Assembly: GCA_049282355.1 (NCBI GenBank)
Contig: JBAPTW010000152.1
Coordinates: forward strand, 1,224 to 65,223
DNA: 64,000 nt
Direction of reading: 5' to 3'
DNA from: Gammaproteobacteria bacterium
GTDB taxonomy: Bacteria > Pseudomonadota > Gammaproteobacteria > HK1
Below the pieces are notes generated by a model. That model ran no database searches. It worked only from the letters and a program-made list of their open reading frames with translations, and was not told the DNA's origin. Of this stretch, positions 47,948 through 59,265 are shown one piece after another; position 1 is the stretch's first letter, and every line of letters starts with the position of its first letter. The translations under genes and the position numbers were made by a program.

Positions 47948-50900
47948 TTATAGCCCCACCTGGGGACGTGTTTGCACCACGTACAACTCCCCCTGCTGCA
48001 CGGCGCCTTCAATATCTTGCGCTGACCCCAGGGTTTGTTCTATTTCGCTTCCAAGGCGGGCGATCTTCGCCAGCAGATCCTGGCGAAACCCACGATCGCA
48101 AACCAGCGGCTCGTCGCAGTAGTCTACCAAGCGCTGGCATGGCGCCTGCGCCAAAAAGCTATCGTAGAGCCCGGCGCCGGCAAACCCCTCGAGATCTTCG
48201 CCGTTCGAGTCAGAGCGAAAGATGACTCCCTGGCCATCCAGAGCAATGCTCTTGCTCGGGTATGATACGGGGGATAGCGCCAAGCTGTCTTTGCGACAGA
48301 TAAAACCCAACGCCCGTCCAGGATAATTTCCCACCAGCGTCTCGCCCATGCCGACGACCACCTCGGCGAACAGCTCGTCGGTGGCGCCTGTTAACGGATT
48401 TACCGTATGGATCACGAAGGCATACTGCGCCTGCACGACTTGTTGAATCAATACCGCAAGCATCAAATCCTCGTGGGCAATCTTGAGCGTCGTGCGCGAA
48501 TAATAAGCGCGCTCGTTCCACTTTGATGCCCACACTCGACACAATGCTCGCCACACAGAGGTCCATTCGTTGTCCGGCAAACCTGCTTGCCTCCATACTT
48601 CGCCGAGAGCATCCCGAAACGCCGCCGGCGCCTCGAGCGCGAGCAGAGCCTCCCTTAACTGCGCTAACACGCGCTGCGGATCGCGCTCCAACTCGCCCAG
48701 CAGCTGCTCATAGCGCTTCGCCAGCGGCGAGTTCTGCCGACACTGCAGGATTTCCTCAAAGACCCCAAAGGGCACAGCGATAGAAGTGGGAAATCGGATC
48801 CAGCTCGATAGCCGGCCCTGCAAATCCACCAGGTGGCTAGATTTGCCCCCGACCAATTCGTCGCGGAATGACGCCGACCCGATCGCCCAGGTAGAGAATG
48901 GCCGCCGTCGCACCTCGACTGCGGGCCGTCCGCGCGGCGCCACATCACCGGGCGCGGCCTCTTGCGCTTCCTCAAAGGTAACGTCTCCCCCGGCGTTCAC
49001 GGCAAAACGCAAGCGATGATGCTCTAGCGCCTTTAGCTGCTCATAGGTGACCTCATCGAAGCAAGTCGCGAACAGTACATGGGCGTTTCGTGCTCGCACC
49101 GCCACGTGGGACACTAAGTCAGGGGTATCACGGGTGATCACGGAGGTAACCCCGTCCGGGATTTCTTCGTCGCCCGCCACGCGATCGCTGACTAACACGG
49201 TCGGCTCCGGGTAACGCTGCCCCTGAGCGTTCAGCAGGCTATTGAGGACACATACCCGACCCGCCGCCAAGGAGGCGGGACTGATGATCTGCCATCCTCC
49301 CGTGCCGCAGCGGGCTCGCAGCACGGGATCCAACCGCCGCAGTAGCGCCGACAACACGAACGGCAGATTGCCACGAATAATCTCCTCACTGAAAACCGCA
49401 ATGGTCCATTGAGCGACACCGAGCGCCTCTCCCAAAAACTCGGCCTGTGGCTGCAGACGACGATAAAGTGCATCGCTCCAATCACCGGTAACACGGGCAG
49501 CCCGGTCGGTGACACTCTTGACCTGCAGAGCCCAATCAACATCCCGCTCCCGCGCCCTGGCAAGGCCACCGAGCTGGCGAGCCACGAAAGCAAACTCTGT
49601 CTCGCCGAACGACAGGCCCATATTGTGCGCTGTCGTCGCCGCGAGCGAGGTCAGGGCCTGCACATCGACATCGCGTAAGGCCTGACGTTCAATGGCAGCG
49701 CGTAGCGCCTGCTCAAGTGCCAGATCGAGATAAAGCATGTCCCGCAAGACCCGCGGCTCATCGGTGGCATCGATACGGCGGGCAAGCAACTGACGGGTCT
49801 CGGTTAGGAGCTCCGCCCACCCCGGCAAAGCGCTGCTATCGGTAACACCCGCCCGCAATCGATTCAGCAGTTCTCTCGTGCGCTCGTCCAACCTCGCTTC
49901 CGCAGCGGCGATGGCAGATTCCATGTCGGTCCCCGAGTGCACCGAGCGCAGTAACCGCAGGAAACCCTGAAAATCACCTACCAAGCCTTGCTTCTTCTCG
50001 GCGTAGAACTGAGGGTCAGTTTTTATGGGACGTTCGAAGCTTGCCAGACGCTCCCGGCTCACACCACCGCGCTCCAGGGTGCGGTAAAAAGCATCCAGCG
50101 CACCGTCAGCCTGAAGAAAGGCAAGGTAGGCCTCGCAAATAACCACGTCGTCGGGGGTGGTATTGTTGTGCAGCTTCTGATGCCACTCTTCCAGAAAGGT
50201 ACCGTGCACTTCCTTGATATGGTGGCTATGCATGATGTTGAGGATCTCATCCCTGACCCGCTGTCCTTCCCCACCAGGACCAAGGGTGGTCAACATCAGC
50301 CGCACAGCGGGCCGACTCGTTGGATAATCTTTGTAGATACTCGCCAGGCGCAAGGTCAAGCGATCCTGGGCGTGCGCGAGCTCACGGGGTTGGGTGTTGT
50401 ACCGGCGCTGCCAGTCCAGCTGACGAATGGCCGAATAGCGCAGCCACGTATAGATCAGCGCCAGTGCCTCGTCATTCTCCTCCGCCCCCTCCAGCACCTC
50501 GTAGCACAGATTGAAACGGTGCATGAGGGTCCAAGACTGTCGCCCCGTCTCGGCGCCGATGATCCGCTGTGCGAGCTGTTCCAAATTCCCCGCCGCAAGG
50601 ATCTTCTTGCCGGCTGAGACCACGCGCAACCGCAGCTCCATGTCACCCCTATCCGCCTTAATCCAGCGCTCCTGCGAAGAGGCATAAAGCACGAACTGTA
50701 TGGCGGGGGGCACATTCGCCTTGGCGAAGCTCATTTCCAGCCAACGCAGCCTATCTTGATCGCGAAACGGCGTCTGCAGCGCCTTATTCTGAAAATCTCG
50801 ACTTCCTGGAGGCCATATTGTCTTCGGCGGCATCTGCCAGCCATCGTCAGAGCCCCCGACAATACCCCAGTGCAGCCACACGGGCGCATCGACATCGGTC

Positions 50901-51430
50901 ACGAAAACCATCTCCGTTCCGGTGTCGCTCTTCAGCGTTGCCGCCGCCAAGCTCTCGCCTGTGTCAAGGTGGAATGTTTGCCGACCCCAATCCGCGCCCC
51001 TGATCCGTCCCTCGATCGCTTCCACGGGGCTTGGGGCTTGCTTTTCGGCAGGAAGGGTGAGGCAAAAATCATCCTTACCATCCTTTATCCAACGCCGTTC
51101 TTCCGGCAGGTATAACACGAACGGTAAAGCGTTCCAGCTCAGCGGCCGGTCGAGCCGCACCGCCAGTGTCGCCCGACCCGGTGCACTCGGCTCTAGCGGG
51201 CTTTGCACCGCATGATGGTCAACAGCGACGGTCTGCGGCGGCCAAACCGAAGGAGGTGGCAGATGCCAGTTGCGATCCCGGTGACGCCGCAAGCCCCAAT
51301 GCAAGCAGCACGGCTTATCCGTTTCTATGTCAAAAATTAGGGTTAAATGCCGATCCGAGCACTGCTTGGTCACTCGAATAGCGATCTCACCGGCCCGGTA
51401 AGTTTTCTCAACCCATTCTTCATTATTCAT
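47948..51430 (-). CDS. Alpha-glucan water dikinase (GWD1)-like protein with two N-terminal CBM45-like modules
   Basis: Two repeats carry LHWG..W..PP..WPP and FVLY...ERWIK (about nt 50624-51391). Other motifs: EEWHQKLHNNTTPDDVVICEAY, the phospho-His motif LVSHVAVRARNAHVLFATCFD (His codon 49106-49108), and the C-terminal VGGKSSHL...DSNGEDLEGFAGAGLYDS...VLIQQVV. ATG at 51430; the longer TTG start at 51463 is possible. Confidence 0.85.
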   Translation of the reverse strand: MNNEEWVEKTYRAGEIAIRVTKQCSDRHLTLIFDIETDKPCCLHWGLRRHRDRNWHLPPPSVWPPQTVAVDHHAVQSPLEPSAPGRATLAVRLDRPLSWNALPFVLYLPEERRWIKDGKDDFCLTLPAEKQAPSPVEAIEGRIRGADWGRQTFHLDTGESLAAATLKSDTGTEMVFVTDVDAPVWLHWGIVGGSDDGWQMPPKTIWPPGSRDFQNKALQTPFRDQDRLRWLEMSFAKANVPPAIQFVLYASSQERWIKADRGDMELRLRVVSAGKKILAAGNLEQLAQRIIGAETGRQSWTLMHRFNLCYEVLEGAEENDEALALIYTWLRYSAIRQLDWQRRYNTQPRELAHAQDRLTLRLASIYKDYPTSRPAVRLMLTTLGPGGEGQRVRDEILNIMHSHHIKEVHGTFLEEWHQKLHNNTTPDDVVICEAYLAFLQADGALDAFYRTLERGGVSRERLASFERPIKTDPQFYAEKKQGLVGDFQGFLRLLRSVHSGTDMESAIAAAEARLDERTRELLNRLRAGVTDSSALPGWAELLTETRQLLARRIDATDEPRVLRDMLYLDLALEQALRAAIERQALRDVDVQALTSLAATTAHNMGLSFGETEFAFVARQLGGLARARERDVDWALQVKSVTDRAARVTGDWSDALYRRLQPQAEFLGEALGVAQWTIAVFSEEIIRGNLPFVLSALLRRLDPVLRARCGTGGWQIISPASLAAGRVCVLNSLLNAQGQRYPEPTVLVSDRVAGDEEIPDGVTSVITRDTPDLVSHVAVRARNAHVLFATCFDEVTYEQLKALEHHRLRFAVNAGGDVTFEEAQEAAPGDVAPRGRPAVEVRRRPFSTWAIGSASFRDELVGGKSSHLVDLQGRLSSWIRFPTSIAVPFGVFEEILQCRQNSPLAKRYEQLLGELERDPQRVLAQLREALLALEAPAAFRDALGEVWRQAGLPDNEWTSVWRALCRVWASKWNERAYYSRTTLKIAHEDLMLAVLIQQVVQAQYAFVIHTVNPLTGATDELFAEVVVGMGETLVGNYPGRALGFICRKDSLALSPVSYPSKSIALDGQGVIFRSDSNGEDLEGFAGAGLYDSFLAQAPCQRLVDYCDEPLVCDRGFRQDLLAKIARLGSEIEQTLGSAQDIEGAVQQGELYVVQTRPQVGL

Positions 51431-51498
51431 TTTGATACCGCCTGGGAACCTCAGGCAAAGCAACTAGGTATACCTCCAATGGCTTTAGGGATACCCCC

Positions 51499-51527
51499 TT
51501 GACAGGGCCATTAGCGTAGGATAATTT
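51499..51527 (+). promoter_or_regulatory. Candidate sigma70-type promoter for the phasin gene
   Basis: TTGACA (51499-51504), a 17-nt spacer, then TAATTT (51522-51527), about 50 nt upstream of the phasin ATG. It lies in the divergent intergenic region shared with the GWD-like gene. Confidence 0.4.
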
Positions 51528-51577
51528 GTTCTTGTTGCAGTGCAGCATTCAAACACAGACCATTGCGGAGCCCGGAC

Positions 51578-52069
51578 ATGCCTGAGAAAGCCCAATCCTT
51601 TAACCCGTTTGATATGAGCAAAGTACTCTCCGAATTCGACCCAAGCAAGATGATGAACCAGGTCACAAAGGCCTTTTCCGATTATAAAGTACCCGGATTA
51701 GATATGAGCGCGGTCATCGAACATCAGCGCAAGAACATCGAGGCGTTAACCACCGCGAATCGACAAGCCCTTGAGGGGCTGCAAGCAATCGCCATGCGCC
51801 AAAGCGAAATCCTACGCCAAACCATGGACGAAGCGGTAGCAGCGTTGAAAGATCTCTCCTCTTCCGAAGGCCCAACCGAGGCAGCCTCGAAGCAGGCTCA
51901 ACTCTTGGGGAAAGCCCTCGAAAAGGCGCTGACCAATATGCGCGAGCTGGCCGAAATGGCGACCAAATCCAATACCGAAGCATTTGAAGTCGTCAAGACT
52001 CGCATGACAGAAAGCGTCGAGGAGATCAAGCAACTCGCCAGAAAGATGCCCGGTCAACAGAAAGCCTAA
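51578..52069 (+). CDS. Phasin family protein (TIGR01841-like)
   Basis: MPEKAQSFNPFDMSKVLSEFDPSKMM...IEHQRKNIEALTTANRQALEGLQAIAMRQSEILRQTMDE, the typical phasin helical repeat. GGAG lies 7 nt upstream of the ATG. Confidence 0.8.
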   Translation: MPEKAQSFNPFDMSKVLSEFDPSKMMNQVTKAFSDYKVPGLDMSAVIEHQRKNIEALTTANRQALEGLQAIAMRQSEILRQTMDEAVAALKDLSSSEGPTEAASKQAQLLGKALEKALTNMRELAEMATKSNTEAFEVVKTRMTESVEEIKQLARKMPGQQKA

Positions 52070-52099
52070 GATCTCGCTTCTCAGCGGGTAAATTGATTT

Positions 52100-52129
52100 G
52101 GGGCCAGGCTAATTCACTGGCCCCTTTTT
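52100..52129 (+). terminator. Rho-independent terminator after the phasin gene
   Basis: GGGGCCAG-(9 nt loop)-CTGGCCCC followed by TTTTT. Confidence 0.65.
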
Positions 52130-52150
52130 CGTGCCGGGAAGTTGCCGGCA

Positions 52151-52180
52151 GACCAAGTGCAGTAGTTTTTAAAACAGCTT

Positions 52181-52181
<1 letters not shown>
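52151..52181 (+). repeat. Right-end fragment of the MITE-like family overlapping the pgi stop codon by 1 nt
   Basis: ACCAAGTGCAGTAGTTTTTAAAACAGCTTC compared with GGCAAGCGCAGTAGTTTTTAAAACAGCTTC at 59379-59408. Confidence 0.75.
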
Positions 52182-53830
<1,649 letters not shown>

Positions 53831-53902
53831 CTCAATTCCCCCCTCATGGTGGTGTTATTAACTTTTGTTTTGCTCGGCTATGGCAATTGATAAAACAGCC
53901 TC

Positions 53903-55420
53903 CTAGCCCACCTCACGGCCATAGAGCCGCACCGCGCGACGCATCCGCGAGGCCAAGTCCGCCGGTATCTCTTGCCAGCTAAAGCGCCATCGCCAATTTC
54001 CCTCATCCACTCCGGGAGTGTTCATCCGCCCGCCTGCGTCCAGACCGAGCACATCCTGCATCGGCACAATAGCGAGCTTTGCCACGGACATGAGCGCGGT
54101 GCGAATCATTGACCACGGCATGTCGGCAGCCGCATCTCCGAGATAGTCGAGTACATAGCTTCGCTCTTCCTCCGCGAGCTCCTGATACCACCCAAGTGTG
54201 GTGTTATTGTCGTGGGTGCCGGTGTACACCACACTATTCGGAATATGGTTATGGGGCAGATACGGGTTGTCGTGGTTTCCGTCAAAAGCGAATTGCAGCA
54301 CCCTCATCCCCGGAAACTTGAACTGATCTCGCAGGGCTGTGACTTCCGGTGTTATGATTCCAAGGTCTTCTGCCACAAGGCGCAGCGGATCGAAAGCTTG
54401 CTGTAGGGTGCTGAACAGCTCCAGCCCCGGTGCTTTCACCCATTGACCTTTAAGTGCTGTGTCCTCTGTACCGCAGATCTCCCAGTGCGCCTCAAAACCT
54501 CGGAAGTGATCGATGCGCACCAGATCAAACAGCATCAAATGATTTTTCACCCGCTCGCGCCACCACCAGTAATCGTCTTGCCGCATCCGGTCCCAATCGT
54601 ACAACGGGTTGCCCCAGCGCTGGCCGGTAGCGGAGAAGTAATCGGGCGGTACGCCCGCAACGACCAACGGCCGCCCGACATCGTTGAGTCGAAAATAATG
54701 GCGACGGGCCCACACGGCGGTGCTATTCTCGGCCACGAAAATGGGCATATCGCCAAACAGCAAAATCCCACGGTCATTGGCATAACGTTTCAGCGCGCGC
54801 CATTGCCGAAAGAACACAAACTGTTCAAAGCGCTGCTGTTCCATCGCATCGGCCAGCCGGGCGCGCGCATCCTCCAGTGCCCGCGGCTCCCGGTCCCGTA
54901 ATGACGCCGCCCAGTCCCACCAGGGAGCGCCGCCATATTCTTCTCGAAGCGCCTGAAACAGCGCATAGTTCTCCAGCCAATAAGCAGACTTAGCCTTGAA
55001 CTGCTCATAAGCTATGCGGTCGGCTGCACTGGCCCTCGTCAGAAAGCCGAAGCACCCTTGGGCAAGCCGCGAGCACCTATAAACACACGCTTCCGCCGCT
55101 GCCTTTCGCGCCTCGGGCTCGTCGTCTTTATCAAGCCATCCTTCGGACTCGAGCAGCTCAAGGCTAATCAGCCGATCATTGCCCGCATGAATGGATTGGC
55201 AAGCATAGGGAGAGAGATTTCCATGGGTAGGGTTGACCGGGAGCATTTGCCACACGGTACAGCCGCTAGCGGCAAGAAAGTCGACGAACTGATACGCGCT
55301 CGGCCCTAAATCACCATTATCGAGGCGTCCTGGAAGTGAGGTGGGATGTAGCAGGACCCCGGCCCGGCGCCGATCGAGCACCGGCGAAGGTGCTCGGCTC
55401 GCAACTCTCGAGCTACCCAT
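53903..55420 (-). CDS. malQ: 4-alpha-glucanotransferase (amylomaltase, GH77)
   Basis: RRAGVLLHPTSLPG, GDMPIFVA, GVPPDYFS..GQRWGNP, RIDHFRGF and YTGTHDNNT. The ATG at 55420 has GGGAG 8 nt upstream. The longer start at 55471 is TTG. Confidence 0.92.
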   Translation of the reverse strand: MGSSRVASRAPSPVLDRRRAGVLLHPTSLPGRLDNGDLGPSAYQFVDFLAASGCTVWQMLPVNPTHGNLSPYACQSIHAGNDRLISLELLESEGWLDKDDEPEARKAAAEACVYRCSRLAQGCFGFLTRASAADRIAYEQFKAKSAYWLENYALFQALREEYGGAPWWDWAASLRDREPRALEDARARLADAMEQQRFEQFVFFRQWRALKRYANDRGILLFGDMPIFVAENSTAVWARRHYFRLNDVGRPLVVAGVPPDYFSATGQRWGNPLYDWDRMRQDDYWWWRERVKNHLMLFDLVRIDHFRGFEAHWEICGTEDTALKGQWVKAPGLELFSTLQQAFDPLRLVAEDLGIITPEVTALRDQFKFPGMRVLQFAFDGNHDNPYLPHNHIPNSVVYTGTHDNNTTLGWYQELAEEERSYVLDYLGDAAADMPWSMIRTALMSVAKLAIVPMQDVLGLDAGGRMNTPGVDEGNWRWRFSWQEIPADLASRMRRAVRLYGREVG

Positions 55421-55726
55421 CGCCGCAACTCCCGGCACTGCACCCGAGACAGCGAAATTCGCTAAACCCAAGCAGCCGCCCGACGTTAAGGCCGGTATCC
55501 TTGGGCGATATGGGATCAGGCATGATGGAAACTTGGCCTATTTTTGCTTATTGGTAGAGGCTTACGTGGCCGGCCACGTAAGCCTCAGAGAAACGCCATC
55601 CCTTCACCCACCGACTATGCTGGCTAAGGGAAAGTGACTACGCGGAGTTCCTTTAGTCGGCGCCTCGCAGCCTCCAAACGTCGTGCGACAATACTCTCTT
55701 GCCCATGACTGCCGCGTTGGACGCGG

Positions 55727-57022
55727 CTACCGAAACTGATGGATCGTTTGCCCCAACATCTCGGGCGTAACCAACACCACGCCTCTTTCCGTAACATAAA
55801 ATCGCCGATTGTCCTCCTCTGGATCCTCGCCGATAACAGTTCCCTCGGGGATAACACAGCCCTTGTCAATCACCGCTTTCGAGATGCGGCAATTTCGCCC
55901 AATGTCGACCTCGGGAAGCACGACGCTATCCGCCAACCAGGAGTAAGAATTGACTTTCACATCGGAAAACAACAACGATCGACGTAATGACGCGCCGGAG
56001 ATGATACACCCGCCGGAGACCATGGAATCCACCGCCATACCTCGGCGCCCTTCGTCATCGAAGATAAATTTGGCCGGCGGCAATTGTTCTTGGTAAGTCC
56101 AAATCGGCCATTCGCGATCATAGAGGTTCAAGGGGGGGGTAATCCCGATGAGCTCCATATTCGCAAGCCAGAAGGCGTCTACTGTGCCGACATCGCGCCA
56201 GTAAGGCTGTTTCCCTGCTTGCACATCCGTAAACGGATAGGCAACCACCCGATGATCGCGGATTCCCGACGGAATCAGATCCTTGCCGAAATCATGGCTC
56301 GATGTAGGCGAGTCGGCATCCTTGATCACCTGCTCATAGAGGAACTCCACGTTAAACACGTAGATCCCCATGGAAGCGAGCGCCACATCGGTACGTCCCG
56401 GCACCGGCTTTGGATCGGCGGGCTTTTCTTGAAACGCGATGATATTGTCGTCCTTGTCGACCGTCATGACCCCAAAACCCTGGGCTTCGTCGAGCGGCAC
56501 ATTCTGACATGCCACAGTCAAATCCGCACCCGTTTCCACATGGTGCGCGAGCATCGGTCCGTAATCCATCTTGTAGACATGGTCACCCGCCAACACCAAC
56601 ACATACCGCGGGTTTTGCAGCCTTATCAGGTCCAGATTCTGGTACACCGCATCACTGGTTCCGGCATACCAGGATGTCTCAACCCGTTGCGAGGCAGGGA
56701 ATACCTCCACGAACTCACCAAACTCGCCACGAAGGAAGCCCCATCCTTTATGGATGTGGCGGATGAGCGAATGTGACTTGTATTGAGTCAATACCCCAAT
56801 CCGGCGAATGCCGGAGTTGATGCAATTGGACAACGGGAAATCGATGATCCGGAACTTTCCCCCAAAAGGGACCGCCGGCTTGGCGCGCCACATGGTGAGG
56901 TGTTTAAGCCGCTCACCCCGGCCACCAGCAAGGATCAGTGCCACGGTATCCCGAGTAAGGCGGCTGACAAAGCGTGGCGTTCGTGGAGCAGTGGATTGGG
57001 GAATAGTTTCGTCGGTAATCAT
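55727..57022 (-). CDS. glgC: Glucose-1-phosphate adenylyltransferase
   Basis: [49 protein letters not shown], and a C-terminal left-handed beta-helix. Confidence 0.95.
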   Translation of the reverse strand: MITDETIPQSTAPRTPRFVSRLTRDTVALILAGGRGERLKHLTMWRAKPAVPFGGKFRIIDFPLSNCINSGIRRIGVLTQYKSHSLIRHIHKGWGFLRGEFGEFVEVFPASQRVETSWYAGTSDAVYQNLDLIRLQNPRYVLVLAGDHVYKMDYGPMLAHHVETGADLTVACQNVPLDEAQGFGVMTVDKDDNIIAFQEKPADPKPVPGRTDVALASMGIYVFNVEFLYEQVIKDADSPTSSHDFGKDLIPSGIRDHRVVAYPFTDVQAGKQPYWRDVGTVDAFWLANMELIGITPPLNLYDREWPIWTYQEQLPPAKFIFDDEGRRGMAVDSMVSGGCIISGASLRRSLLFSDVKVNSYSWLADSVVLPEVDIGRNCRISKAVIDKGCVIPEGTVIGEDPEEDNRRFYVTERGVVLVTPEMLGQTIHQFR

Positions 57023-57455
57023 CGGCTCGGCACCTATTATGATAATGGTCTCCGCCGCACGCGCACCCCGATATTACGCTTCCCAAGCTTCACCTTGCGA
57101 GTGTAGCTCAGATCTAGCGCGTCAATGTTAACACATGCCCATAGGGACTCAACGCGTGCCTCGGAAGTTGCCTCGCCCCGCCTTCATCTTCGTGTCGCGG
57201 CGGCGGCTCGGCGGTCTTAATCGTTCACCATCGCTCATCTGGACAGTGATGGGCAACGATTGATTGGTTCAACAACGGCCCAGCTCAGAGGCTAGGCTAA
57301 AAGCGAGTATGACTGCCAGCACTGGCGGCATTCCTCAACATAGCCTCCCAAGCAGCGGCTCAGCCACTTACAAACTTTTTGTTTCCGGAAGACAGGGCGA
57401 AGCTCTGAATAACGTTTCTAGACTTTGTCTAAGAAGTCTCTTTATACTCCGCATC

Positions 57456-57899
57456 ATGGGTATATCAGCAGACGCCACCCCCCCTCGCCTGGATTCCACA
57501 CAGGCCATCATTTTGCTCCGACAGCATGAAATTACCCCGACGCCGCAGCGCGTCGCCATTGCCCGCATCCTCCTCGCGCGTGCACAACATCTATCGGCCG
57601 ACCAGCTACGCGAAGCGGTAAATCGAAGTGAACCTCGAGTGTCCAAAGCTACGGTCTATAATACCCTCGGGCTTTTCCTGCGCAAAGGATTGGTTCGTGC
57701 GGTCGTTGTCGACCCGACTAAAATTTTCTATGACTCGAATACTCGCTTTCACCATCACTTCTACGACCTCAAGAGCGGTACTCTGACCGACATCGAAGAA
57801 ACCGAGATCGGTATGCCCGCGCTGCCCAACCTTCCAAACGAAAGCATCGTCGAGTCCGTTGAGATTATTGTGCGCTTGCGAAACCGATCCACGCCGTAG
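57456..57899 (+). CDS. Fur-family transcriptional regulator lacking CxxC zinc motifs (Irr-like)
   Basis: TPQRVAIARILL....HLSADQL...VSKATVYNTLGLF (winged helix) and an HHH triad (RFHHHFYD). No Cys pairs in the C-terminal domain. The ATG at 57456 was chosen over the long upstream ORF. Confidence 0.75.
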   Translation: MGISADATPPRLDSTQAIILLRQHEITPTPQRVAIARILLARAQHLSADQLREAVNRSEPRVSKATVYNTLGLFLRKGLVRAVVVDPTKIFYDSNTRFHHHFYDLKSGTLTDIEETEIGMPALPNLPNESIVESVEIIVRLRNRSTP

Positions 57900-58115
57900 C
57901 CGACCAGCAGGCGGGAATGTAGCAAGTCGAGAATGCCGATCGGGCTCCAACTGGCTCGGCCTCCTACGAAAAGGTATACTGCAGGCGGGTGTCGGGGGAA
58001 AATCAAGCGTCACCAATCGCGATTGCCGACATTGATAACCTGTTCGGCTAGCCCGCCCCTCATGCTCTTTATAAGACGCGAATAAGTTTAAAGAAAGTGA
58101 AGAAGAGGGAAAATC

Positions 58116-58445
58116 ATGAGAGTTCGCAGCTCTGTCTGCGTCGTCGCCCTGCTGCTCAGTAGCGGGCTCACGCTGGCTAATCCGCTCACCGGCGACGTCT
58201 ATGCAGGAAAGATCAAGTCACAGCCGTGCGTAGGCTGTCACGGCATTCCAGGATATTTCAACGCTTATCCGAGCTATCACGTTCCGAAGGTAGGGGGTCA
58301 GCATCCAGAGTACATTGTCGCTGCACTCAAGGCCTACCAGTCCAAGCAACGTGCCCACGCCACCATGCAGGCTCAGGCAGCAACGCTAACCGAGCAAGAC
58401 ATGGCGGATATCGCAGCCTTTTTTGCAGGCGAGCAAAAAAAATAA
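58116..58445 (+). CDS. Monohaem class I cytochrome c (c4-half type)
   Basis: Signal peptide, CVGCHG haem motif, and a distal Met region (HATMQ). Confidence 0.85.
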   Translation: MRVRSSVCVVALLLSSGLTLANPLTGDVYAGKIKSQPCVGCHGIPGYFNAYPSYHVPKVGGQHPEYIVAALKAYQSKQRAHATMQAQAATLTEQDMADIAAFFAGEQKK

Positions 58446-58485
58446 CCCCGCACCCGCGGCGAACATCAGGCTAGGGAGTTACCTT

Positions 58486-58824
58486 ATGACGCGATTGGTA
58501 TTGTTATTCATCACCTCTATCATGGTGCTCATGAGCACGCCAATAATGGCGGCGGGTGATCCTGTGGCTGGGCAGGAGAAATCGGCACCGTGCCAGGCTT
58601 GCCATGGGCCGGATGGCAACAGCACCGACCCGCAATTTCCCAGACTAGCGGGTCAATACGCGAACTATCTCGTGCGGGCGCTGGAAGAGTACCAGACCGG
58701 CATTCGCAAAAATCCGATTATGGCAGGCTTCGCCGCGACCCTGACCGCTCAAGACCGCCAGGATCTGGCGGCCTTTTATTCAGGTCAGCCCAATGGACTC
58801 TATGTTATCGGGCATGGACCGTAG
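58486..58824 (+). CDS. Monohaem class I cytochrome c (c4-half type)
   Basis: The ATG at 58486 follows AGGGAG. Signal peptide MTRLVLLFITSIMVLMSTPIMA, a CQACHG motif and NPIMAG (distal Met). Confidence 0.85.
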   Translation: MTRLVLLFITSIMVLMSTPIMAAGDPVAGQEKSAPCQACHGPDGNSTDPQFPRLAGQYANYLVRALEEYQTGIRKNPIMAGFAATLTAQDRQDLAAFYSGQPNGLYVIGHGP

Positions 58825-58963
58825 ACGGACCCAGGTTTGACTTTAACCGCATGGCTATGCCGTTGCCTCCACGGTGACCTCTGGCGCCTAGCCTAGAGGT
58901 GGAAGCTATAGGGATTTCAAGGCGCCGCTCTACAAAGATGTTGCCCGAGAGCGGCGTGGAAAT

Positions 58964-59221
58964 CTATTCGCGTAGCGTACCGTGAGTACCGTCACAATAA
59001 GGTTGATCGGCTGTATGCTTACAGCCGCACAACCAAACCGTTTTCGCCTCCGTCACGGAAAACTCCACCGGGGTGAACTCGGTCCCTTTGTGAGAGCCGT
59101 CGCAAAAGGGCTGATTGCCCGATCGACCGCACCGGCACCACCAGTAACGGCCAGGTTCAAGGTCGATTGCAAAGGGCGAGCGTTGCGCAATTACCGGTTC
59201 GGCCATTCTTTCCCTCCACAT
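58964..59221 (-). CDS. CDGSH-type iron-sulfur domain protein (two CDGSH motifs)
   Basis: CRCGRSGNQPFCDGSH and CGCKHTADQPYCDGTH. Confidence 0.9.
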   Translation of the reverse strand: MWRERMAEPVIAQRSPFAIDLEPGRYWWCRCGRSGNQPFCDGSHKGTEFTPVEFSVTEAKTVWLCGCKHTADQPYCDGTHGTLRE

Positions 59222-59265
59222 TCAGGGATTTTGTCTTTTCGGGGCCAAGGCCGCCCCCCGCATCA

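Noticed and set aside
53873-53902. Possible further MITE end (GCTCGGCTATGGCAATTGATAAAACAGCCTCC) between pgi and malQ.
   Set aside because: Only about 30 nt resemble the right arm, with several mismatches. That is too weak to annotate as a feature.
57035-57049. Fur-box-like TATTATGATAATGGT next to the glgC start.
   Set aside because: It matches only about 12 of 19 consensus positions by eye. The adjacent regulator is Irr-like and may not use a classical Fur box. It is mentioned in a finding but not annotated as a site.
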